Shown here piece after piece: positions 1 to 11,297 of a stretch of DNA of 64,000 nt. Numbering within the stretch: the first letter of the stretch is position 1; each line of letters opens with the position of its first letter. The notes beneath the pieces are model-generated. The model saw only the letters and a list, made by a program, of their open reading frames with translations. It made no database searches and had not been told where the DNA came from. The position numbers were made by a program, and so were the translations under genes. This stretch comes from Octopus bimaculoides (taxonomy: Eukaryota). The stretch spans positions 11,556,674 through 11,620,673 of the forward strand of contig NC_069007.1 in the NCBI RefSeq assembly GCF_001194135.2, given 5' to 3'.

Positions 1-143
1 CAGCCTCTCACACCAACCCTGTAATGCTGTTCTACAAATTAACAATCAGGTCATTGAAATCTTGAAGCTCCAAGATAATGCATGATTAATTCAAGACAAT
101 GAGAATAATTAAGCATAACATTTGACAGGGTAATCTGAATGCT
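1..143 (+). mobile_element. piggyBac-type MITE, partial copy cut by window start
   Basis: About 95% identical (7 mismatches/143 by eye) to 55325-55467, which lies in a TTAA-bounded element ending GGG-TTAA. Confidence 0.7.
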
Positions 144-325
144 GGGATAAAAAGACAGAATGGTCAAGGCTGGAATGTCTGAGATCAGGTATATCTAACT
201 TCTTGGCTACCTACGTGCTTCATATGGTCCACAGATATGCCATGAGTTTTCTGCAGCCAGTTACCAAAGGAGAGGCTATTGCAATGTTTATATTGCATTA
301 TATCAGTGTGTGTGTGTCTTTTTTG

Positions 326-484
326 GTTGCAACAGATGTCACAGTTGCAACAGATGTCACAGATGCAAAACATGTCACAGATGCCACCGCTGCAACAGAT
401 GTCACAGATGCAACAGGTGTTACAAAAGCAACAGATGTCACAAATGCTACAGCTGCAACAGATGTCACAGCTGCAACAGATGCA
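326..484 (+). repeat. 9/18-nt minisatellite (GCAACAGATGTCACAGNT)n, open in all three + frames
   Basis: Direct reading; translates as ATDVT, QQMSQ or CNRCH repeats. Confidence 0.9.
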
Positions 485-520
485 CCCATTTCAGTTTTGA
501 AGATAGTTTTAACTATTATT

Positions 521-700
521 CTTTTCCTTGTTTCAGTCATTAGACTGCAGTCATGCTGGTGCACTGCTTTGAAGAATTTTTAATTGAACAAGCCTGGTAC
601 TTAATCTATTGGTCTCTTTTTGCTAAGAACCGCTAAGTTACAGGGATATAAGCAAACCAACACCAGCTGTCAAGTGGTGGTGGAGGACAAACACAAAGAC
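521..700 (-). mobile_element. SINE family A (tRNA head, CORE-like body), 3' half
   Basis: Reverse complement of the tail GCTCCAGCATGGCC..CTGAAACAAG seen in near-full copy 8467-8896. Confidence 0.8.
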
Positions 701-1101
701 GCACACACATATATCCGGCACGTGCCGCCAGTAATTACTCAGGGTAGGCATCTGGTGACCTTTATGTAGTAAAACGCACAAAAATACAACTGTTGAAGGC
801 AGATTTATTTCTGCCTTTACAGCATGTAAAGAAAACGGTGCTGTAGGAATGTACGCAGCACGTGTACTACAGCACTAGTGTGCATAACTTAAATACTGAG
901 ATTGAAAGGCAGGGGTGAATTATGCCTAGCTAATCTATCAAAAAAATAGAATATTTTGTATTTTATGCATTATAATCAGAGTAACCTTGATAATTTTATT
1001 GAATGAGGTGCATATTTTGCTATAAAAGGAAAATGTTGCTATCGATCTGTTTTATTCAAGGTAGGCACTGCCAGCCTTGCCTACCTAAGCAGCAGATCCC
1101 T

Positions 1102-1145
<44 letters not shown>

Positions 1146-1169
1146 NNNNNNNNNNNNNTATGTATATAT

Positions 1170-1224
<55 letters not shown>

Positions 1225-1225
<1 letters not shown>

Positions 1226-1378
1226 GATAGGCTTCTTTCAGTTTCTGTCTACCTAATCCACTCACAAGGCTTTGGTCGGCTTAAGGCTACAGTAGAAGAC
1301 ACTTGCCCAAGGTGTCACACAGTGAGGCTGAACCCAGAACTATGTGGTCAGGATGCAAGCTTCTTATCACACAGCCAT
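1225..1378 (-). mobile_element. SINE family A, 5' half
   Basis: GGCTTCTTTCAGTTTC..ACACTTGCCCAAGGTG..CACAGCCA is the reverse complement of 8467-8630. Confidence 0.85.
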
Positions 1379-2954
1379 GGTGTTTTAATATTTAGTGTTG
1401 TATTCTGGATGCAATAGATCATGAAGGGTTGAAAAGTGCTGCCTTGATTCATAAGTTTACAGGTTTGCTGGATGAAAGCTGACCTAGGGTTAAATATCAC
1501 AGATAGCAACAAGAGAACTCTGTTTATAAGTGAATTTGACAAAGGCTTGTTAAAATACATGGAAACTGGTTTTTATGTCTTAACCTTCATCTTGTTATGT
1601 AGAATCCACCTTCAAAACTAATTTGTCTTTATCACTTATATTTCTTGTTAATCCGACTTTGACCATCCCATCTTTTATACAGTTAAATGCATCTCAAATC
1701 ATCTCTCCAAAGTCCTATCCAGGCTCTTTTGTTTTTTATTTTCAAGAAAACGGGGTGTGATTTGAGAAAGATTTGGCTATTGTTTCTTGCTCCTTGAGTG
1801 ACCCTGTAGAAGCCCTTCTCATTGGTTCATAATCAAAGATGTTTATTTTGGTATTGGTCATCCTATATTTTATTCAGACACGGTGAATTTTAGATTGCAT
1901 TATCCAATGTCACATACTGCTTTCTTTATAAAACCACAGTAGGTGCATGATTTGAGAAAGATTTCACTGCTATTACTAGCATGCTATGTAACTATGTACA
2001 AGGACAGATATGGTTGTTTTGTCAACAGACCAGTTTTATTGAGCAGTAAAACCTCACTAATTACAAAGATTCAATCATTTATGACTCTGTTATGGTCTTG
2101 TGGTTTGTGCCAATTCTTCTATCCCCCCCCCCCCNNNNNNNNNNTTGCTTGTTAAATTTCTTCTAGTAAACAAACATTACATTATATATATATGTGTGTG
2201 TATATATATGTATATACATGCATGTGTGTGTGTGTTTGCATGTGTATATGGGTATGTATCTCTGTTTGTGTATGTATGTGTGGGTGTACACACACACATA
2301 TATGCTTGTGCATATATAATTCTATTTTCTTTTATGATCAGTCTTCTGTAAAGAAAACATAACATCTTCATGTCATAGCATCTTCTGCGCAAAGTAGTAT
2401 CAACTGTTCACAAGTCCTCACTAAATGGTGAGCACCATCTACACTTTACCATACTGAGTTCTTCAGCCTTTGATGAAACTAAACAACTGGGTTACATATT
2501 AGCAGTAGCATAAGACAGACCTGACATATTTAAATAGATGTATGCATATATATATATATATTTTTTTTCTTTTCTTTTATTTTATATTGTATATTGTATA
2601 TTATATTATATATTGTATATTCCATATTCTATACCCCACATTAGTTCTGCAGGAATATAAATAAAACATAAAAAACAGACAGTGTTGGAACTCTTTTAAA
2701 CAAAATAATATATTCCTCTATACACAATCATACAAAATAACCCACCTTTTTTGTATTTATTTTTACTCGCATATATATATATATATATATAGATATATAT
2801 ATATATATATATATATGGGTTCGGTTGACTCCATTACCCTTCATAACCTTTATTATTATATATTTATATATACACACACACACCTTCAACAATGTAACTA
2901 CATGCATGCTGTTGGCGATTTCTTCTCCTTCTTTGGATTTTTCCCTTTCTCTTT

Positions 2955-2992
2955 TCTTTTGTGATGAAGAGCTATGCTCAAAACATCAAACT
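2955..2992 (+). ncRNA. Decayed minimal hammerhead ribozyme motif (Penelope-LTR type)
   Basis: gTGATGA-A-GAGC-tat-GCTC-aAAAcat-c-AAA; stem II intact, core positions mutated. Confidence 0.45.
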
Positions 2993-3118
2993 CTCTCCTT
3001 TCACTGACCATCAAACTAATACATTTCTTGTGCACATCCTCATGGTGTCTGTTTCTATTCATTTATTTTTTAATTGACTATATGTGTGTGTGTGTGTATA
3101 TGTATAAATGGGTGCATA

Positions 3119-3164
<46 letters not shown>

Positions 3165-3981
3165 AAAGAAGGAGGCAGAGTAAAGTGTGACATGCAATCA
3201 AAATTGGACACAGAAGTAGGCTCCAGAATCCACTCTAGCATCCAGTACAGTAAGATGTGGGGGCACCAAACTTGGGATAGACTAGATTGTGGAATACAAA
3301 CGAAATAGTAGAAAGAAATAATAAACAGAAAACATGTGATATTCGAACCTTTATAAAGACATACACGTGTTTTGCCAACATGCCAAAATAATTACATAAC
3401 AAGTAAAAATATTATGCAATCATGCACTTCACCTCATCAACAACCTGCCACAAACATTTATGTCACAACATTGTGGTTAGGTCCATCTATGTCTATGGTT
3501 CCTCTGATGCTTAGTTTTGACATTCAAACTTTTATGAGCTTCTATATACACTCAGTGACAAACATGCTCACTAACACACACACACACATACATATATGTG
3601 CATATATCTATAGACACATCCAGACACATATACATATGTGTTTGAGTGCGTATTCATAAATACATTAGAATTAACATCTTCTACAAAACAGTTGTCAGTT
3701 CAAATGTATTTATGAATACACACTGGAAAGTGAAAATATACATATATGTATGTATGTATGTATGAATATATANNNNNNNNNNNNNNNTATATATATATAT
3801 ATATATATTATCTTTTACTTGTTTCAGTCATTTCAGTGTGGCCATACTGAGGCACTGCATTGAAGCGTTTTAGTTGGACAAATCAACCTCAAAACTTATA
3901 TTTTTAAGCCTGATACTTATTCTGCATAATAGGGATGTATATTAGCACAAACGTAACGCTATACTTCATATTTTTTTAATG

Positions 3982-4075
3982 AGAACACTGATGAGGTGAA
4001 TTGATAAGATTATGCAATTTGGCCAAATGCTCGTGCAATTTTGTCAGTCGATTTACTGAAAGACATGTATGTTTT
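3982..4075 (+). ncRNA. Decayed type I hammerhead ribozyme motif
   Basis: Stem I AGAACA/TGTTTT, CTGATGA 3988-3994, 10-bp stem II, GAAA 4058-4061, palindromic ACATGT then A; 2 extra nt disrupt the GAAA/stem III junction. Confidence 0.55.
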
Positions 4076-4684
4076 ATAAAGCATGGAACACCAGTTATGT
4101 TTGCTGTATTTTTTATTAATACTATATATTTGTGTATACACATATATGCATACATAGTTGATTTCAGTGAATTGGATACACATACTCACTTTTACATATG
4201 GTAGATTTCAGATAATTACACATGCATGCACATACACACATACATACACAAATACACACACACACACACACACACATGCATGCACACACACACACACACA
4301 CACTCATGTATATATACATGCACACACATGCATAGTTCATCTCATTTAATTGTATACCCGGCAACGGTATAATTTGGATAATTGCAAGACTTTCCAAAAC
4401 ACCATTTAACATCAAGTTTATACAAAATTGATTGGTTAATTGTTTATGTAAATATATTAAATTTCAGTTAAGTGCAGATTTCTTTTTCCTTTTTGTTTTG
4501 TTCTGATTTCAATAAAAAAAAAATTGTGCAGTGTAGCATAAAATTTGACATTTATTTGATTTGATATCAAATAAATTGAAGAACCTTCTGTTTTCGGATG
4601 AGTTAAAATGACAGTAGGCAGTAATATTTTATGTTTACAAACAACCAATATCAAAAGAATCAAATGTATTCATGTTATTCTTAC

Positions 4685-4802
4685 CATTTCAAAGCATTAA
4701 AGATTATCCAAAACTCAGGTTCCAGTCTGGTTTTGTCTTTTATTACTTTCATTTGTTCAATGAAATTCGTCAACAAATAAAATTTCATAGCAGCTAGAAT
4801 TT
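4685..4802 (-). CDS. Candidate internal exon of an unidentified gene (xILAAMKFYLLTNFIEQMKVIKDKTRLEPEFWIIFNALK)
   Basis: Acceptor ctatctttttag, donor ATG|gtaagaat, 118 nt open in one frame only, non-repetitive. Confidence 0.5.
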
Positions 4803-4850
4803 CTAAAAAGATAGTTTTCAATTAAATGGTGAATGAATACTATTTTCTTG

Positions 4851-5570
4851 TATATATTAGTGACAGGGGAAGTATTAATACCAAAAGGTAATATTTATTC
4901 CTATTTAAACATAGATGTCCTGTTAGAACAAACTATACTGCTGTGGTTTCCACAAGAGAAATTCTCATACTGGCTTTTGATGCAAAATGCATTCTTGTTT
5001 ATATTGTTAGCAGGGAGATAAATCCCCGCCACCTCCAGTACCAAGACCACCAGGGCACATGATTTCAACCTTCTTTGGTCCTGTCAATGATGGACACTCA
5101 ATTGCTTGGGACAGCAGCAATTCCTCACCCCACCAGCAATGTATAGGTTGACAATGTCAGAACAGGCGCTGGTGTTGCAATTAACCAGTTAGCTTGTGAA
5201 AAAATATATATTAGCAACAGAGGCAGTATTAACACCGAGAGGTAATATTTATTCCCATTTAAATGTGGCTGTTGTGTTAGAACAAATTATACTGCTGTAG
5301 TTGCCACAAGAGAAGCTCTCATATTGGCTTTTGATGCAAAATGCACTTTTGTTTATATCACTAGCAGGAAGATAAATCCCCACCATCTCCAGTGCTGAGA
5401 CCACCAGATCACTTGATTTTGACTTTGGTTTTGTTAATGATGGATGCTTGGTGTCTAGAAATAGTAGCAATTTATCTCCCCTCCCCACCCCACCCCCACA
5501 CGTTGATATATAGAATAACAGTGCCAAAACAGTCACTGATGTCGTGATTGGTCAGTGAGCTTGTTAAAAA
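4851..5570. repeat. Diverged direct tandem duplication, period about 354 bp (4851-5204 / 5205-5570)
   Basis: Colinear blocks, e.g. GGTAATATTTATTCC, GTTAGAACAAA, CCACAAGAGAA, TGGCTTTTGATGCAAAATGCA present in both copies. Confidence 0.9.
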
Positions 5571-5939
5571 TTTTTTTTCCTTGTTTCCATTATCAATTAC
5601 ATTGGTCTGTGATTGATTATTGAAACTGTTTCTTAATCCACATCACCATAGTCATTTTAATTGTATACGGTGAGGTGTATGGACATTGTTGTTGCAAGGG
5701 TTGGAATCTGGTTGAATTTAGGTGAAGGAAGGAACCGCTCAGGACATGAAAGACATCAGAGGGGATCAGTGAAATAAAGTTTATTCTGAGACATAAACAA
5801 GGTAAGAGGGTGGAAGGAATAGGGAACTGGACACATAATGTGTATCTAAAATATACTTCAAACATTATATACACCATTCATGTATATACACAGCTACAAT
5901 ACATTACTGTCAACATTATATACACCATATATATATATA

Positions 5940-6007
<68 letters not shown>

Positions 6008-6014
<7 letters not shown>

Positions 6015-6185
6015 ATAATTAAGGGATCAGCAAATATTTGCTTCACCATTGTTTTTTCTTCTTGTTTTTGCCTTTGTGAGTTACAAGTGATGCTATCTGT
6101 GGAATTCTCAGCTTTTTTAGCTGCTATTTCTGAACTCCGGTATATGGTGAAGCAAATATTTGCTGATCCCTTAATTATGTTTATA
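6008..6185. mobile_element. Foldback MITE-like element with 42-bp perfect inverted arms
   Basis: 6008-6049 is the exact reverse complement of 6144-6185; 94-nt spacer; embedded in (TA)n. Confidence 0.8.
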
Positions 6186-6346
6186 AATATATATGAGCTT
6201 TTAAATAAGTTCTCCACCAATAATGGTGCTTTCATACCGATGGGCTTGGTAAAAATTATTAATTGTTAATTGATTTATTAATTAATAAATTGATAATCCT
6301 TTACCCTTTTAATTTGTATATATATATATATATATATATAGTACCA

Positions 6347-6664
6347 TAGTACCAAATATACCAGCATTGACATTAAAATACAGGACCAGATACTGCAACA
6401 GCTTGGGTTTAAAGGGCCCATAGCTCTTCAATATCCTTTCAAAATACCTGAGAGACATGCATGGTGTGGATGTAGGTGTCTTCAAAACAAAACTGGATCT
6501 CCTCCTGTTAAGGGTTCCAGATGAGCCTACCTCATGGCAGGGAATACAGATGAGAGCATCAGCATCAAACTCCCTCATTCACCAAGTTTGAAATAAAGAA
6601 AGTGTAGCACAGCCAACGGTGGTGCCCCAGCATGACAGGAAGCTTTAAAGCTGAAACAAGTTTA

Positions 6665-6665
<1 letters not shown>
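6347..6665 (+). mobile_element. CR1/L2-type LINE 3' end (ORF2 C-terminus plus tail), decayed
   Basis: IVPNIPALTLKYRTRYCNSLGLKGP*LFNILSKYLRDMHGVDVGVFKTKLDLLLLRVPDEP..ASASNSLIHQV* resembles CR1/L2 ORF2 C-termini. Confidence 0.75.
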
Positions 6666-6714
<49 letters not shown>

Positions 6715-6719
6715 GTCTA

Positions 6720-7168
6720 TATTAAAGAAACTATTAACAAAGGCAAAATTCAACATGAACAAAAAGGATAGAGCATTCACAGTATCCAAGTGTAATGATA
6801 ACAGATGTGGAACGTGTCAATAAATGCATACGGGTAGATCCATTAGAACAAAAAATGGACAGAGTTTCACAAATGCAGATATGAACTGCAAAAGCAGAAA
6901 TTTGATCTACTGCATTAAGTGCCTGAATTGCGAGGAATTATATATATAGGCGAAAAGGGAAATGCATTATTGAAATGCTCACGAGTCAACAGACAACAAA
7001 TCCGGACCATCAATGTTTGCCAAATTCCATTTGGTGAACATATAGACATGTGGTCATAAAATGTTTCTAATTTTTACTTTCCACAAACTACATGACACAA
7101 GTGAAGTTGGAAGATAAAAGAAAAACGCTTTATTAAAATGTTCAAACCTATTCTGAACGGAAGTAACA
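6720..7168 (+). mobile_element. Penelope-like element, Cys-rich linker plus GIY-YIG endonuclease remnant
   Basis: LLTKAKF..KCNDNRCGTC..MNCKSRNLIYCIKCLNCEELY(IGE)..EKRFIKMFKPILNGS* with frameshifts and stops. Confidence 0.85.
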
Positions 7169-7499
7169 GCAATAATATAACAACCAATTAATGATGTGGA
7201 TTAATAAATATAAACTCGTTACAGAATATCGGTACGCCTGGCAAACGTTGATGCTTAAGAGCATGCAGATTGATCAAAAAGGTATTCTAAAACTTCAGTT
7301 GGTTGGAGCATTCTAAGTGGTACTAAAGTTGTCAAGAACTCAATTGTCAGTTAAACTTATTTGAAATCTGATGAGTATTACAAAATATTTCTTTTAATGT
7401 TAAAATATAATAATAAAAATCGTGAAAACCAGACCATATTTTAGCTTTATTCAACTGATGTATTATTCTATACACATTCACACTAATTTGAAACAAAAT

Positions 7500-7578
<79 letters not shown>

Positions 7579-8466
7579 AATATACATATATACACACACA
7601 CACACACACATATACATACATACATATATGTATATATATATATATATAGTTGCTAGAACTCTTCCAGACTTTGCATTTTAATATTTTGTTGAGGCATTGC
7701 AAAACTAGTAACCTGATGTAAAACTCAATATACACATGCTGCAGAATGAAGCGTTATTTGAGTACAGATTGGTAGTAATAAGAAAATAACATGACAAAGG
7801 AATAAACAATCATCTTATGAACTCCATTAGGTTACAGCAGTTTCTGCTATAAGATGCAGTGTACTCATTATTGCTTCATCAGAGCCTTGAATATGAAATC
7901 CAGTTTATTTGGGGTAAGAATTGCATGATGAAGCTATAGAGTGTTACTTAGGCACTGAACAAAGTGACCACTGCATCTGATAACAGAAACAGTTGTAAAT
8001 GAAGTTCATAAGATAATCATTTATTTCGTTGTCATCTCATTTTCTTACATCTATATGAGACCTTATTACGAACATTTAGAATCTGTATAAAAGCTTCAGT
8101 TAACTGCTGTCATACAATGAAGTTTAATTAACTTAATTAACTGCAGACACCTCTATATAGGTGTAGTTAATGTATACATATGTGCGTGTGCATGCACAAG
8201 TGTGTTTGTGTGTGTGTGTGTGTGTGTACACATACACATATGTATACATATACACACATTATCTCTGTAACTAAGTAATTAGTTTTGCCTGGAACTTATT
8301 CAGTCAGTCCAGCAGATGAGCAAGCCATTAGACAAGTCTTCAGGTCCCAGTCAAATATTATTCTACAATAAATATAACTCTACCATTACCATTGACTACT
8401 GTCGCCCCACCCAACTTCATTAGTAAATGTTCTGTTGTTATCCATAAAGTTAATGAAAAAATAACA

Positions 8467-8643
8467 GGCGTAGGAGTGGCTGTGTGTTAAGTAGCTTGCT
8501 TACCAACCACATGCTTCCGAGTTCAGTCCCACTGCGTGGCACCTTGGGCAAGTGTCTTCTACTATAGCTTCTGGTCGATCGAAGCCATGTGAGTGGATTT
8601 GGTAGACGGAAACTGAAAGAAGCCTGTCGTATATATGTATGTA

Positions 8644-8690
<47 letters not shown>

Positions 8691-8896
8691 GTGTGTGTAT
8701 ATGTTTGTGTTTGTCCTCCCAACATCGCTTGACAACCGGTGCTGGTGTGTTTACGTCCACGTAACTTAGCGGTTCGGCAAAAGAGACCGATAGAATAAGT
8801 ACTAGGCTTCCAAAGACTAAGTCCTGGGGTCGATTTGTTCGACTAAAAGGCGGTGCTCCAGCATGGCCACAGTCAAATGACTGAAACAAGTAAAAG
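8467..8896 (+). mobile_element. SINE family A, near full length
   Basis: tRNA-like head (GGCTGTGTGTTAAG; GAGTTCAGTCCC), CACCTTGGGCAAGTGTC CORE-like block, internal (TA)/(TG), tail GGTGCTCCAGCATGGCC..CTGAAACAAGTAAAAG. Confidence 0.9.
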
Positions 8897-9390
8897 TGTA
8901 ACCCAAAACCAGCAAACACTCACATACACACTCTCCCACATATTCCCACACACTTTTGTGTGGGGGAGTGTCTGCTCTCGTTTTACTGAGATTACAACCA
9001 TGCTTTCATGCTTCCTTGGCTGCAATAATTTATTTATTGCAACAATTATTTTTCTACTTCACTGAGTTTTCTTTTGCTGACCAAGGAAGCATGAATCAAG
9101 GTGTGGTGGCTATTTTTGCCATGAAGTCAGGTAAACTGAAGCAAACAGATGATTATTTTTTTTCTTCAAGGACCAAATGCTTTGGTTGTTTTAGCAAGGC
9201 TTGGACTCTTTAGACATCGCACATGTAGAATTATCTATATGACATAGTCAATGGGTAGGTGGAAAGGCTTGTGCTGTGACCATGCTGGAGCACTGCCTTT
9301 AGTCAAGCAAATTGACCCTAGGACTTATTCTTTGTAAGACCGATACTTATTCTATTAAGTTTCATAAAAGCATGAAACTATTAGTAGCTC

Positions 9391-9433
<43 letters not shown>

Positions 9434-9533
9434 TACACATGTGTGTGTGTGTGTGTGAAGAACCGTTAATCTCTACATATTTTTTTCTCTCTCCATTATT
9501 TTCCAGTCTCTCACCATTTTTTCCTTCTTAATT

Positions 9534-9565
9534 CTGTTGAAGAGCAGAAGCTCAAAACGTAAAAG
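9534..9565 (+). ncRNA. Decayed minimal hammerhead-like motif
   Basis: CTGTTGA-A-GAGC-agaa-GCTC-aAAACGT-A-AAAG; same layout as 2955-2992. Confidence 0.4.
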
Positions 9566-10917
9566 ACTTTTCCATTCTTCCCTGCTCATTGTTCCTATAC
9601 CTGTCTTTGTCTTATATTTTTTGTAAATTTGAACTATGTATATGTATATATATATATATGTACATATGTATATGCAAATATGTATATATTACATGTATGT
9701 GTGTGTGTGTGCATATGTTTCTGTACATGTCTCATGGAGGATGACTCCACATAATCAGTTTACCAAATTTCCTTTACAAAGAATGATTCAATACCAAGTT
9801 ATGGTAGAATACAGATCTAACCATGGTGTTGTACCACGATATCACACACAGACAATCATGATATCACACACAGAAGATCATGGTATTGTACAGAGATATC
9901 AGGTACAGAATCAAGAGGCTGCAGACATCTTAAACATACAGTCATGTGTTGTTGTTGTTGTTGTTCACTGTTTGATTTAGCTTTAAACATGTTATAAAAT
10001 ATCATTGCAACTTCACAGCAATGAGATCCCATCGCATTCCACAGTTTTATTAAGTTGCCAATCGAATTCTGACCAACCAATCAGACACCACTGGTCTCTC
10101 TATTGTCTGCCATTCCTAACCACTAACCGTTTCCTTTGGCTGATTTTCCTACAAGTTTTAAACCGTCTTATATCTAACTTCCCCCACACTTCACCAAACC
10201 AGCACGTTAAATTACTTTAGTGATTCCACAATCACTGAACTTTGCTTAAATTCAGTAAATAAAGTCCATTTTGCAACTGGTTGCTGCACAAGTGGCTTTC
10301 TTTATTTGTGTCTTGTGTCAATGGACCAAACATTACGGGATGTACACAGCAGAAAGAAGCAATGGCTACAGCTTAATCAGCTTATTGCATTATACACACA
10401 CACTCGTGTTTGTGTGTGTGTGATGAATATGTGATTTTTCTCTATGTTTATGAATGCATGTTTGAGACTGTGTATGTAGATATATACATACATGCACACA
10501 CATGGATATGTATGTTTTCATACCTTTATGAATGTATGTGTGGTGTGTGTATATGTATGAGAATGAATAACTTTATGTATTAGAATATATCTATGTATAT
10601 ATATCTATATCTGTATCACTGTCTGTCTGTCTATCTATCACTGTATACACACACGTGCATACATGCATATATATTTATACACATATATATATATATACAT
10701 ATATACATACATATGTGTACTTACATGTATACACAAGCACACACACAAACATTCTCATGCATACTCATTCATACACTGTCATGAACAAATACAAATTGCC
10801 ATGTACACACCACTAGTATACAAACATAATTTACTTAGAAATGTGTGAATCCATTTAATCAACCTCTTTTGTGTAATTGGCAATATACGCGTAAGAGTAT
10901 GTGGATTTATACATGCC

Positions 10918-10964
<47 letters not shown>

Positions 10965-11252
10965 NNNNNNNNNNNNNNNNNNNNNNNNNNNNNNNNNNNN
11001 NNNNNNNNNNNNNNNNNNNNNNNNNNNNNNNNNNNNNNNNNNNNNNNNNNNNNNNNNNNNNNNNNNNNNNNNNNNNNNNNNNNNNNNNNNNNNNNNNNNN
11101 NNNNNNNNNNNNNNNNNNNNNNNNNNNNNNNNNNNNNNNNNNNNNNNNNNNNNNNNNNNNNNNNNNNNNNNNNNNNNNNNNNNNNNNNNNNNNNNNNNNN
11201 NNNNNNNNNNNNNNNNNNNNNNNNNNNNNNNNNNNNNNNNNNNNNNNNNNNN

Positions 11253-11297
<45 letters not shown>

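Noticed and set aside
8467-8540. tRNA-like A/B boxes (also at 23300, 35437, 56905)
   Set aside because: They are SINE heads followed by SINE bodies; no full cloverleaf.
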